Notes: generated from the letters alone by a model not told the origin. Positions 38,109 through 54,435 are shown, counted from the stretch's first letter. The stretch is DNA of 64,000 nt from Ramazzottius varieornatus (GCA_001949185.1 BDGG01000001.1:8874721-8938720); one strand, 5' to 3'. Made by a program: numbers and translations.

Positions 38109-41100
38109 ATGGTGAAGAAGCTGTCGGAAGAGCAGAGCTTGTACGCCGCAGTGCTGCTGGGCTGGTTGTCCTTCTACTCTGTGATATATCCTGTGACTTG
38201 GCCAACCGGAAGTGATCATCTCCGCGTTCTTCGTCACAGCCCCGAACTGTTTGGCGCTCCAGTTGTGCCCAAGTATGGGCTGATGTCCGACGAGTACGTT
38301 CGGCAGATCGTTGGGGAACATCGCAGAAATTACCGGCCTATCATGCTGCCTTTCAACGCCGAAGTGGCCATTTTACCGCGTCCAGCGTCAGCCATCAACT
38401 TGGCCAACTTGAGCCAGTCGGCTTTGAACGCCCGCGTCCTGGACTTGGGCGATCTCTTTATGGACGACTTGTTCATCCAGTCCAACCTCGATGTCGAAGA
38501 AGCTTCCAGACTGCTCAGTGCTGGATTCGTCTCTAAAGAGGTCCTTTGAACAGGGCTAAAGTTCAATAGACTTGACATCTGTGTTGTGGTGGTTCTTGTC
38601 CGAAGTGGCGCACCTTCTTCGTGTTATTAGCCGGAAGAGTGCGCCACTAGAATAGACCTTTCATCAGTAGCGCAGGCTGTCAGGCAGTAAGACTGACAAG
38701 GTGCGCCACTTGGCAGAGCGATCTTGTCGAGTTTGCTGGCCGACTTGGCGTCATTTCATGGTCGATGGGGCTAACTTTGGTTGTTATAATTGTTGCAGGA
38801 TTTGGATGTCCAGCGATTGGTGGACGTTCTGTGGAGCCAGGATGTCGATTTGGGAGTGGGGAGAGAGTCGTTCGAGTACCCTCTACGAGCGGCCACTTCC
38901 CTTCCGCTGGAGAAGCCGCTGAGCGAGACTTCATTCAAGGAAACTGTCCTGTCGGAAGCGGCCTTCCGCGACAGTCATAGCTTGGACAATGGCAACTTTT
39001 ACGTCGACGAAGAAACTGGTAGGTTGTAGCTTGACCATTCAAACTAAACTGACTTTATGAAAGTGCTTGGTGTTGTCGACTAGGTGAACTGATACCCAAG
39101 AGCCTGCCTTCGCTACCGCTGACCAGCACGCTGTCCAAGAAGAGCCTTCCCTCAATGACGCACAGTGAAGGCTGCAAGGAGAGCGAAGCCTCCTTCGAGT
39201 GCTTTGACTACTTGTCGTCGCAGGCTTACCAGGCAGAAGAAGGCAGCGCGCTGCCGCACCTGCAAGCGGCCAACGGAAGCGACGTGGAAGCTGCACAACT
39301 GCAGAGTCTCATTAACGCCCTCGACAGCCTCAACTCGTCAACCCTTCAGGTAAGGATAGGTAGCGACACCGTCCTTCCCCCTGGCCATATGAGCCATAAG
39401 TATGGAAGTGATTGCTTGTAGGCTGTCATCGATCAAGGCATTAGTCCGGACGTCAAAGTCCTGGAAGAGCAGTGGGGCGATGTAGAGAGCATCATTTCCG
39501 CTGGCGCCAACTCACTATTCCTCCAGAACGCAGGTTAGTGTCTCTTAGTGCTAGTATGCAGAAAGGAGGGAATAATATATCATGAGGCTATATCATGCAT
39601 TGTGTGTCTTCAGGGCTGGATGGACTTGAAAGGGGAACAGGCATGGCAGAAGCGGCTTCAGTTAGCCCGCACAACGTGGAGAACGCCTCCACTTCACTAC
39701 GGGACTTTGACTTGTTCAGTGTCCTGATGGAGCCAGCGGTCAACTGGACGCTGTCCAGCGCCACTCTACCCTCCGCTCCCTACACTGCTGACGATTACGG
39801 AGCCAAGGGCCCTTCCGTCTCCACCATGTTATCCCAAGCTAACGGTGCGTATTTACAGGAGGTTACCCATCATGTGAGTCCTTATCGGACACTGAAACAC
39901 AAGTTATGCTCATGATTAATTGGTTATCGGTACAGTATAGGTGACGTCTTTGGTCTTGTAGGAACAATGGGGAGCCAAGGCGTTGCATCGGACTTTGGAG
40001 CTTTGGCTAATCAGGAGAACGGCGGACAGGTCTACCCCTACTTTATCCCGCTCTCCTCCGGTCGGCTGCCTCCTTCGTCGCTGCCGCTGCTGAACCACAG
40101 CAACATGCTGGAGTGGAACATGACCGACTGGAGCAACAGCACCTTCAGTACGGTGTCGACGCTGAACCCCAACACCGCTATGCTGGACCGCAGCAACGAC
40201 TGGAAGTTCAGCGACCTCTTGGCCAAACTGGAGGCTCCTACGGGCCATACCGAAGTGGTCAGCATGACACAGCCAGCGCTCAAAGTCGAGCGCCAAGAAG
40301 GTGAGGGCTGGACAGAACGCGCGGCCATGGCCGTTAGTCTTAACCACTCGTACGCCAACCCCGCACCGCCACCGCTGCCTCCTGCAGCAAGGACGCCAAC
40401 ACCTCGTCGCCGTCAGAGTCTACAGGTAAGGGAAACTAACGTAGGCTTTTGCGCTTGGGGTGAGGCAAAACTGGGCTCCGTTAAATTGCTATACTTCCGG
40501 TGGGCCAAGGCGCCAGCTGCCATCATACAGGATCGTGCCAAGGTGGTGGGCGGATCAGGCCTTAAGAGGCACGGCCTTGAGAAGGTTCTGGATCAAGGCC
40601 GTGCCTATGTGGGGGCGGGTCCCCATGCCTGCCTGCCAAGTGATGAGTCATGCTCATCACGCGTCACACTTTCCCCAACGATTCTGGCACGCACTACCTG
40701 TCAAGCTGGCCATTATGTCACCCCCAGACTCTCTAGTTTACTCTCCAACGTTCCACACGTCTGGTTATCCGTTCTACATAGTCCAGTAGTTGAGGACTTG
40801 AGGTAGTAGTGATCTGCGGCTTCGGGACTGGAGAGGTTCAGCTAGTAGTGATCAGACTACGGAGTTATCGTGTATTGATAGAAGTGGCAGTAGTGGCGCG
40901 TCTGTTTGATTGATTTATCGAATGCACCATCGGCCACGGCTCAAGATGCAAGTTTGAGGACAGCGTGGATTACTCCAGATTTTCCCCCCTTCGATATGGC
41001 ATCGGATAGTCATTATTTGAGCGTCATTTTGTCTGCTTTTGAGGAGTTGAAAGAAGGGAAGCGAGGAGGGTTGCAACAGGCGGGCATAGAGTTACGGGTT

Positions 41101-42227
41101 GAACCCAGTGGCCACAGTCATACAACCAACAGATCGAAAAATGTCTTCCTTTCCCTGGAGGATACTGACGATCGTATGGTACGTCGATGCAAAACCCGCG
41201 TTGACTGTAAAGACAGTGTATGGTTACATCCAAGTTAGATCCATCCAAAGTAGGAATGGAAGGCCACAGTTCAGCACCAACCAACTGGGAACTTTGATGT
41301 AGCACACTTGTCTGTCATTATGTTTGTTGGTTGCAGAGTCGGGAAGGAAGTGAAGCTGATGGGTCGACGGGCTCCGATCCCTTCTCCGTCAGTGGCGGAC
41401 GTTCGCGCTCTAGTCGCGACGAGCGCGCTGCCTTGGAAGCGGGTCTGCCTTTGACAGCCGCGGAAATTATTCGTATGCCTGTCGAAGAGTTCAACGGCTA
41501 TATCAGCGGACAAGTGGGCCAACTTCGTCCGGAACAGATTCAGATGATGAAGGACATTCGTCGACGGGGCAAGAATAAAGTGGCCGCTCAAAACTGCCGT
41601 AAACGAAAGGTATGACATGGAGATTGAGCTCGCCAAATAAACTGGACAAGATCCTTGTCCAAGTGGCGCACACTATCAGCTGTTAAATACTGCCAAACAG
41701 CGCCACTTGAGCAAGCAATCTGGTGGACTTTGCCCAAGTGGCGCACGACTCCATCGCTGTTGACTGGAAGCGTGCGCCACTTGAAGAAAACAAGCTCGAC
41801 TCGGTTGCTGCGCCGAGCGGCGCACTCTTCCAGCCAGTAACGTCACAGATGTGCGCCACTTAGGAAAACAGCCTTGTCGATCTCCCATCTTTGCCTAGTT
41901 TGTGGAGTTGGTCAAAATGGCGTTCTTTTTTTGCAGATTGACAATATGAGCCATTTAGAGCGAGAGATCATGGGTATTCGGGAAGAATTGAAGAGGGAAT
42001 CGCAGCGACGGGACGAGCTGATTCGGGAGCGCGACCTGCATCGCGTCGCTCTGGCGCGAATTCCCGTCATTCAGCCAACCTCGGTCGCTCCTCAAAGCTC
42101 TTCGTCGACGACCGGGCCGGCACCTGTCATAACGCGAAGCAGCCACGGCCATGTGCCGTCGTCAGTCATGGCCAAGGAGCGCGTAGCTAAGCCCATTCGG
42201 AAGAGGAAGCAGCCGGAAGAGCAATAA
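38109..42227 (+). CDS. cnc: Cap'n'collar bZIP transcription factor, CncC/Nrf1-Nrf2 type
   Basis: N-terminal hydrophobic anchor; VDVLWSQDVDLGVGRE (DLG); DEETG|E (ETGE); LEEQWGDV; many N-x-S/T sequons; NHSY; CNC domain SRDERAALEAGLP..IIRMPVEEFN; basic region DIRRRGKNKVAAQNCRKRK plus zipper. Confidence 0.93.
38595..38735. repeat. N25 inverted-repeat element, 2 units (cnc intron)
   Basis: Spacers 38614-38638 and 38676-38700. Confidence 0.85.
41626..41881. repeat. N25 inverted-repeat element, 3 units (cnc intron)
   Basis: Spacers of 26, 25 and 25 nt inside one pair of outer arms. Confidence 0.9.
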
Positions 42228-43012
42228 GATGTGCTTTGTGTTTTTATAGATTTCCAGCCATAGCCGTTATTCCTGTTTGTTTCTTATTTACACTTTTCAC
42301 TACCTTTGCTATTCCGACTCGGGATCATCGAAGTGGCGCGTTTGGCTGCGACGAACTTGCCTTGTGTGGGATTCCTCTTCTTTTCCAGCTATACTTCAGG
42401 GAATAGCGCAGTGTTACGTGTGCGACAATTTTCCTGTGGGGCAAATGATTTCGCATTGACGGAGTTGGTGTACATAGCCAGATTCATTTTTACTCTACAT
42501 GATAAAGTTCTGTTCAGTGATGCAACTGCCGGAAAGGAGTTGTCTGTTTGCGCCAGTCACGCCGACACAGTGGGAGATAAAGGACGCAAATGTTTAACCA
42601 GACAGGCCACAGCCGATAAACTGCAAACACTGCAGACCTTTATTCCCCGAGTAAAAAACAGTATAATGCTGAGAAGCCTGTTAAAATAAGATTTAATAAA
42701 ACAAAAGGATGTGACAGTATGGCATTTCGCAGTATGTGTACAAGAAGGAGATAAAGCGAGAAAGGATAGCAACGTTAACACAGCCAAAAGACTCGTCAGA
42801 CACCTGGCCAGCGCACCAAACGCCAACCGTACTGAATCCCTAGTCAAGGAGGGAAAACAAAAATAACAAAATAAAAGGATGAGAAGAGGCAATGTACACT
42901 CTTGCGAGGATCAGACAAGAGAATTCTTCGCAAGTTATAGTTAGTGCAGACAGAATGACAGTAAGTTAAGGGATGGTGGCACTTTTTCTTGCATGAGCGG
43001 CAAGTGGGCCCG

Positions 43013-47008
<3,996 letters not shown>

Positions 47009-47512
47009 CTTTCCAGGATGAGCAGTAAAGGGTTAGCAAAGATGGCCACGCAGTAGATTAAGAACGCATGGCGACTTGGCAAATTGAAGAGAGAAAAACA
47101 AAACCTGTGAGTTGATTTTCGAAATCTGAAATTTCCATATTGGATAATAGCCACCCTAAGGTTTGCCAAACACCATCTGAAAGATAATTGTAGCAAGTCA
47201 CTAGCTGCTTGTTACTCGTAAAACGTATCCCAGATGTCTCAATCCGTATGAGTTTCCGGTCATAAGAAACGGGACAATGACGTCAGACTACAGATGGACT
47301 TTGTGAATTGATTGACTGGTTCAGCGATTTCAGTATAGCCCAAACGAGAATTTTCGATGTGCGCCACTGTCAAAGGTTGATTGCAAAAAAAAGTTGAAAC
47401 CGTCGGACCGCTTCCTGTTAAATTAATTTATCTTCCCTGGTCTCCTTTACGGAAAGTTCAGACGCGAACCTCCGTTTTTGATCTGCTGAGCTGTATTATT
47501 CCCGGCGTCAAG
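47009..47512. promoter_or_regulatory. Probable bidirectional promoter between SMARCC and PA2G4
   Basis: Head-to-head starts about 500 bp apart; TGACGTCA at 47278; TTTCCGG/CTTCCTG ETS-like cores. Confidence 0.55.
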
Positions 47513-49817
47513 ATGTCCAGTACATCATCAGAGTCCAGCTTCGAGGAGCAGGAGGAGAACACCGTGGCCAATGTGGCTGTCTTGAACAAGTATAAACTTG
47601 CCGGGGAGCTTGCAAACAGTAAGTACACCTTTTATCCACCTCGTAGCAATTCCTTTCAGTTGAGGCAATTTGAAATTTCCAATCGTTCATATGGATATGT
47701 GAAATATCTGCCGGAAATGCGATAAATATTCTTGGTGTACGCTGCGCCAAGATGCTGGGTTTTAGCATCGAGTGCGGTGGCTGATTCATTGATTTTATGT
47801 TGCAGAGGTGGTCAAAGTGGTTATTGAGAAATGCGTCGAAGGACAGTCCGTACGGGAGCTGTGTTTGCTGGCCGACAACATGATTTCATCGGAAACGGCT
47901 TTGATCTTTAAGAAAGAGAAGGACTTAAGGAAAGGTAGGTAGATGGTTCCGTGGGGAAAACTGTGTTTGATAGGGGAGAATGAGTCAAATGAGGGAAGAT
48001 TGCATTTTAGGTGTGGCGTTTCCAACCTGCATATCCGTCAACAACTGCGTCTGCCATTTTTCCCCTCTCAAAAGCGATCCTGATTATCTGCTGAAGACGG
48101 ACGATTTGGTCAAGATGTAGGGTAGCGGGTTATCAGTTCTGTCAGATGAGATTGCCGATCCAACAAGTCTTCCTTTCCTGCCTTTCAGTGATTTAGCGGT
48201 GCACATTGATGGCTACATTGCCAGTATCGCCTTCACACACCTGGTTGGCGTCTCCAAGGTAAGACATCTGTTAGTTACCGTTCCGTTCCTCTCTTTATGC
48301 AAACGTTGGCATCGCTTTGCCTTTTGTGTGTTCGTAGGAGAAGCCGGCCAGCGGAAGGAAGGCCGATGTGGTTCGAGCAGCCTATACAGCCTTGGACGCT
48401 GCCATGAGAGTCATGAAAGGCGGAGTCGAGGTAACACCATGGCTTTGTGCCTCCTCTTTTTGTGCGATGTAGATTCGGGCTAAACTCGTTATGTGCCTCG
48501 AATTTGCTCTTGTTGGAGTGAAGGTTTTCCTTGTAGAATTTTAGAGTGACGGATGTGATCCAGAAGGCTGCCGAGTCTTATCAATGCAAACCCATTGAAG
48601 GCATGCTTTCACACCAGCTCTACCGAAATCAGTTCGAAGGCAAGAAGAGCATCATTCAGAACCCCAACGAGGCTCAGAAGTATGTTTCCCCATTTAGGCT
48701 CCTGTAAAGGATAAGTGTCTTGATTCTTTTCGTCACAGGAGGGAACACGAGAAGGCCGAGTTTGACGTCAATGAAGTCTACGCACTGGACATCCTGATAA
48801 GCACCGGCGAGGGCAAAGCCAAGGAGCTGACTGCTCGCACCACCATCTACCGAAAGACCGACTCTGCCTACATGCTGAAGATGAAGACGTCTCGAGGTGC
48901 GCAGTCTGAACATTTCGGTCAAGATGGGAGAAGAATTAACAAGTCGGCTTTCGTGTTTAGCATTCTTCTCCGAAGTGACACAGAAGTATGACAATATGGC
49001 GTTCAACCTGCGTAACTTTGAAGATGAAAAGCGAGCGCGACTAGGGATTGCTGAATGCTCGAACCATGGCCTCTTGACGCCCTTCCCGGTTTTGTATGAG
49101 AAAGAAGGTGAATATGTGGCCCAGTTCAAGTTCACAGTGGCCATCACAGCCACCGGTCTTCAGCGCATCACTAGCATTCCTCTCGACACGGACCTCTACA
49201 AGTCCCAACACAAAGTCTCCGACGCTGACCTCAAGGTACTCGTTCAGTATACCCCCCTAACGCAAAGGGGGAAAAATGGAAATTTGCAAGCTGGTAAACG
49301 AACTCGACCAAATCGTTTTTGCAAGTCGCGCACGCTCGCGGTGAATAACACTATGATGGTACGCCACTTGGGACTGAAAACTAGATCGTTTCCCCCAAGT
49401 GCCGCACTTTTACAGTCTCATTTACTGAACGCGTACGCCACTTGGAAAACGGATCTTGACTAGTCCAATTGTTCTCCCAAGTAGCGAACGTTGTTAGTGT
49501 CATTGGCTGGAAGCGTGCGCCACGCGTGCAAACAAGCATGTTGAGTCTGTTTGCCGAGTTCCGAGTTTTTTTGGATTGTGAAGTTGGAAGATAACTTCGG
49601 CTTGATGTTGTTGCAGGAAGCTCTGAGCGGAGGAACGAAGACGAACAAGAAGAAGAAGGCCAAAGCGAAGAAGGCAGCGGGTGATGCAGCTAATGCCATG
49701 CTGGGTCTCAAGATAGAGGATGGAGCTGAAGCGGCAGAGAACTCAAAGTCCAGCAAGGAACAGAGTAACAGTACAGCGGCAGAAGAGGAAAGCACCACTC
49801 AAATTCGGAATGGTTAA
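47513..49817 (+). CDS. PA2G4: Proliferation-associated protein 2G4 (EBP1)
   Basis: [96 protein letters not shown], Lys-rich tail. Confidence 0.97.
49288..49561. repeat. N25 inverted-repeat element, 3 units (PA2G4 intron)
   Basis: Spacers 49334-49358, 49408-49432 and 49490-49514, all 25 nt. Confidence 0.9.
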
Positions 49818-50687
49818 TTAGATTAATTTCAACGATTGTTAACTTTGTTTTCTTCTCTCCGTTGTCTGGGTATGTTTGTCGACCGACAAATGAGACTGGC
49901 TTTCCTCGCTGAGCCTCAAGTATTTTCTACTTGTTTTTAGAGAGGACAAAACCGATACCATTGCTGATCCTCACAAGTGTTACGTCGTCCCAGTAAAGGC
50001 TGGTTTGGTTTTGTATGGCAAGTGCAACAGGTTATCAGTTTTCACACGGTTTTGAAACTTCTGTATTGCGGCTATGGCCGGTCCTGCGACAGAATGGATG
50101 GTTAGGGAAGAATGGCAGTTCTAGATAGACAATACTACCAGCTAAATGGATGACTGGATGGTCGATCATGTCGGCCATGGTCTGATCCAGTCGCATGTCA
50201 ACCCGCGACAAGTCCACATCTTGCGGACTTGCACCAGTGTTTTCCTGGCAGTACGGCTGTTTCGACAGAGACGGATGGGCGGTGTTGCTTCGTATCCTTC
50301 CAAGACGGCTTCCCGTATGCCACTTGTTACCCAACTGATCTCTTAGCTATCTAGCAAATGCTTGATGGTGCGCTGGCTTAAGTCGACCGCCAGCTGTGGA
50401 TGATGTTGGGAAAGAGCTTGGGTATGTGCCCGAAATTTCTCCAGGACCAGGAATTAACAGGCGCGTTTGGGATTGGCGGTAATGGCGAATCAAGAGTCCA
50501 CTGCAATCAATTTTGGAGGGAGTTGTAAGGATTGCAGTTGGCATATTCGCAATTTAAGCATTGCCCTTCACTAACTAAACTGTCTAAAAAGTAAAACACG
50601 CTTTATCACGCAGTATCTCTTCCAGTCCTCCCACTTTCGTCATCTGGGCTGCCAAAGCCGTCATCCGGGTCAGACCAAGGTGTAGGG

Positions 50688-53306
50688 ATGTCACTGACGA
50701 ACGTGTCCGGTTGTGGGGAGAGGCAATCGATGCCTAAATCATGCGCTTGTCGCGGCATCCGTCGCTGCGCTGTTTGTAAGCACCTCGCCAGATCGGCATT
50801 CCCACCGGAAGCACAACTCGTCTTTGCCGATGCTCGCCGCTTCGGCGATCTTCGTGCTGCTACGAACCCTTCTTCTGGTGACGGACAGAAGGTACGGGAA
50901 GATTTGCTGCTCCCAAAGTCAGTTGTAATATGCACTGTACACTTTGTGTACTGGTGTCAACATAATTAAGTGTGTAACTGCAGGATACATCTGATGCTCA
51001 ACCGGAAGTTAAGTTCTACGATTACTGCTTCCGCTGCCAGCATGCCTTCCCTGCGAGCCAAACGACTACAGAGATCCAAAGGAAAGAAAACAGCATGGCG
51101 GCTGCCTTTCGAGCGTATTCCGCGAGCTCTGTGGAGTGTGGAGAGGAACATGCGGGCGACCCAGCGAAGACCAATGCTTTCCCTCTCGGCCAGATTTTCT
51201 TAACATCCGACTTCATCACCGCAGCCGAAGAACAAGAACTGATGAAACAGATCGACGAACGCTTCTGGGTACCTTCGCAATCCGGAAGAAGGAAACAGGT
51301 GCATTTCGCTTATGTCATTGAAGAGCTGGGTGAACAACCTCGACCGAATTGTTTTGCAAGCGGCGCACGTTGTCTCTGTTATGGGCTGGACACGTGCGCC
51401 ACTTGACAGTACGATCAGCGGGAGTTTGCTTGCTCACTTACTTCTCGGTGTAATTTTGATGGACTCTTCAGTCATTAACACTTTCCGATATGGGAACATT
51501 CAGGATTATGGACCGAAAGTGAATTTCAAGCGGCGGAAAGTTCAGCTAGTCAAAGAATTCTGCGGTCTGCCCGACTACTCGTCCTCCTTACTCTGCCGAA
51601 TGCTGACCCACCCCCAACTGCGTGACTTCCAGTGTGTCGAATTGTGCAACCTGGAATACGTCCCTGAGCGCGCTTCGTCCATCGACGCGCATATCGACGA
51701 CGAATGGTTATGGGGCGAACGGCTGGTCACCATCAACCTCGGTGACGATACCTACCTGACACTCTCTCCACTTCAACCCAAAGCCTTCTTCCCCATACCT
51801 GCCGTCCGAGTAGCCCTCCCGCGGCGTTCCCTCTTCGTCATGGCTGGTGAGGCCCGCCATCAATGGCAGCATGCCATTCACCCGGAAGACATCCACAGCC
51901 GACGCATCGCCATGACTTTTAGGGAACTGTCGGCCGAGTTTCTGACCGGTGCGCAAAGTGATATGGGCCGAGCCATTCTGCGCACCGCCCAGAGTTTCAC
52001 CGGTGATGTTGTTCGAAGCCACCCTGACCGAGTCTTACCTACACCGAGTTTGTCTTTGCACGGTGAAAAAAGCGAGCCAGAAGAGAGTTTCCGAGTTTTG
52101 TCAATACAAAGTCACGTCGTTTCCGGTTACGTCGGCAATCGTGCCGCCGTCTTTCCTTTACAACTTTTAGGCTTCGATGTTGATGTCATCAACACAGTGC
52201 AGTTTAGTAATCATACGGCGTATCCTGTGGTGGGTGGAACGACGCTGGAAGCCAGTCAGTTGGCGGACATTTTCGCCGGTCTCTTTGCCAACAATCTAGC
52301 TGAGACATACACACACCTCCTGACCGGCTTCATTCCCAACCAGCAGCTGCTGCAACAGGTGGCCGTCATGGCCAAAAAGCTGAAAGAGCTGAACCCGTCG
52401 TTGGTCTATGTCTGTGATCCGGTGATGGGTGATGAAGGCCAACTGTATGTGGCCCAAGAGGTCCTGCAAGTGTACAAGGAAGAGATACTGCCCTTGGTGG
52501 ATATTGTGACGCCTAATCAGTTCGAGATGGAACTGCTGACTGGAATGAAGATTGGCAGTGAAAAAGAAGCCTTACAAGCTATGAAGTTACTGTACCGGAA
52601 GTACAAAAGTGACATGACGGTTGTCATATCTAGCTCACAAGTTAGTCCCGGTTCTTTGTCGGCCTTCGGCTGTGACAGCGAGTCTTCACTTCCTTTCACC
52701 ATACAGGTATACTCACCACCACCGATATCAACGAAAACCTATCGCCAAAATCAATGAATATTCTAACCTAATTTAATGAACATTTTGCCTGTTGCCGAAA
52801 ACTAAAGTCTGGGAGCTGGAAATGAAATATATGATGTTGGACAAGATGGATTTGTCAAGTGGCGCAGGCTTGCAGCCAGTAACGCCGGAAACTTGCGCCA
52901 CCTGGGGCGAACAATGTCGTGTTGACTTTGTCGGGCTGCCATTAGCTTAGTATTCTCGTCTGAATTCCTTTCTGCTGGCTATCGTTGAAGACTTTGGTCT
53001 ATGTGCTGATGCGTGTTTCAGCGGATTTCTTTGTAGGTGCCACGCATTGATGCCTACTTTACGGGAGCCGGTGACCTGTTTGCGGCGCTGTTATTGGCCT
53101 GGATAGCGCGGACCAAGGATGTTGGGTTAGCCTGTCAACGAAGCATGTCAACGCTGCAAGCTGTCCTCCAACGTACGCTGTTGCATCATCAACAGAACTG
53201 TCCCGACAAAGACTCCAAACCTTGTTTTCGCCACATGGAACTGCGTTTGATACAAAGTAAGCATGATATTTTATCTCCTAAAGCACTGTCACCTTTTTCA
53301 GCATGA
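50688..53306 (+). CDS. ALKBH4-PDXK: Fusion of ALKBH4 (Fe/2-OG dioxygenase) and pyridoxal kinase (PDXK) in one reading frame
   Basis: ALKBH4 part: CACRGIRRCAVC, SQSGRRKQ|DYGPKVNFK, VELCNLEY, IDAHIDDEWLWGERLV, RHQWQHAI, RRIAMTFREL. Then, with no stop, PDXK: RVLSIQSHVVSGYVGNRAAVFPLQLLG, VQFSNHT, YVCDPVMGD, TPNQFE, FTGAGDLFAALLLAW, ELRLIQS. Start at 50688 or 50730. Confidence 0.92.
51323..51427. repeat. N25 inverted-repeat element, 1 unit (ALKBH4-part intron)
   Basis: Spacer 51369-51393. Confidence 0.85.
52837..52935. repeat. N25 inverted-repeat element, 1 unit (PDXK-part intron)
   Basis: Spacer 52868-52892. Confidence 0.85.
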
Positions 53307-53450
53307 CGAATATTAACAGAGTTTTACCGGCTTGTTCTTTCTCTAATTTCATCGATTGCGCCCGGACATATGCCATGCCGCTTAGATTGAGTTTTTTTTC
53401 CTGTAGCAAACTAGCATACGATAGTGAAGAGCTGTAAAGCGACCACAGTT

Positions 53451-54050
53451 CAGTGTTGTATCAGTTCCTGAACTGGAACGCTATAATGTCAGTTCTTTCA
53501 TCAGTTCTTATTCCAGTTCCGGAACTGGAATAGGAACTGAAATGCTTTTCGAGGAACTGGAACTGAAATTAAAAGAACTGAAATGAAGAACCTGGAACTG
53601 GAATAGGAACTGGAACTCGATTTTTGGAAGATCCGGAACTGCAATTACGGATCTGAATTCCAGTTCCTGCCGCATTGACCGAACGCCAGATCAGAGGTAG
53701 CTTTGTGACTCAGCTACCGACGTAAAGTCTAAAGTTCTCCACATTCGGGAAGCGCGCATTCCTTCTCACACCTCGCTTAATCGGGATCCTCGGATGTTTT
53801 ACTCTGTCTCAGCGATAATCATGGGTAAATATGGCGGAACTTTAACGACCCTATTTCAGTTCTTTGATTTCAGTTCCCGTTCCGGAACTGGAACTGGAAT
53901 AGGAACTGCCATCTCTGCCAGAACGGGAACTGAAATCAAAAGAACTGAAATACTAATTCCGGAACTGGAATTGGAACAGGAACTGAAACTCCTACGACCG
54001 AGGAACTGGAATGGGAACTGAAATCCCAAAACAGGAACTGATACAACACG
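53451..54050. mobile_element. Non-autonomous DNA transposon (MITE), about 600 bp
   Basis: TIRs CAGTGTTGTATCAGTTCCTG (53451-53470) and CAGGAACTGATACAACACG (54032-54050); flanking near-duplication ACCACAGTT/ACTACAGTT; many internal GGAACTG(G/A)AA subterminal repeats in both orientations; no coding capacity. Confidence 0.8.
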
Positions 54051-54435
54051 ACTACAGTTGTAAGTGGTTAGGCAACTGAAGAAATTGGGCCCTAGTTCCG
54101 CGTAGGCTGCTTGCCAGCATAGCAGCAAGTTGCCCACGAAATTCCCCGCTGGAAGGGTGTCCTGGTTCAACTCAGCAAAAGCCGCCAGCTTGAGGTGGAG
54201 ACGAAGTTGCCCCGTGTCAGCATGGATAAACACGCTTGCTCTCTGAAAAGGGTAGGGATAAGCTCACGTGCTCACTTGGCGGGTCGGTCGACTGTTTCCA
54301 AAACCTGTCGTATATGGATGTTTCGAGTACTTCCAGGTACCACTTGTAGTGCCAAAAGTTTGGACAGGCTGGTGAGTGGTGAATTCTGCCTGCTCAGGAA
54401 CGTGACCACAAAGGTTGGCAGATCGTGGTCAGAAA

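Noticed and set aside
41626-41881. Repeat-spacer-repeat arrays resembling CRISPR
   Set aside because: Eukaryotic intron context, arms are inverted pairs, spacers are related to one consensus, at most three units per locus, and no cas genes.
49980-50544. Possible small minus-strand gene between PA2G4 and ALKBH4-PDXK
   Set aside because: Short ORFs with possible splice sites but no recognisable homology; cannot be supported without RNA data.
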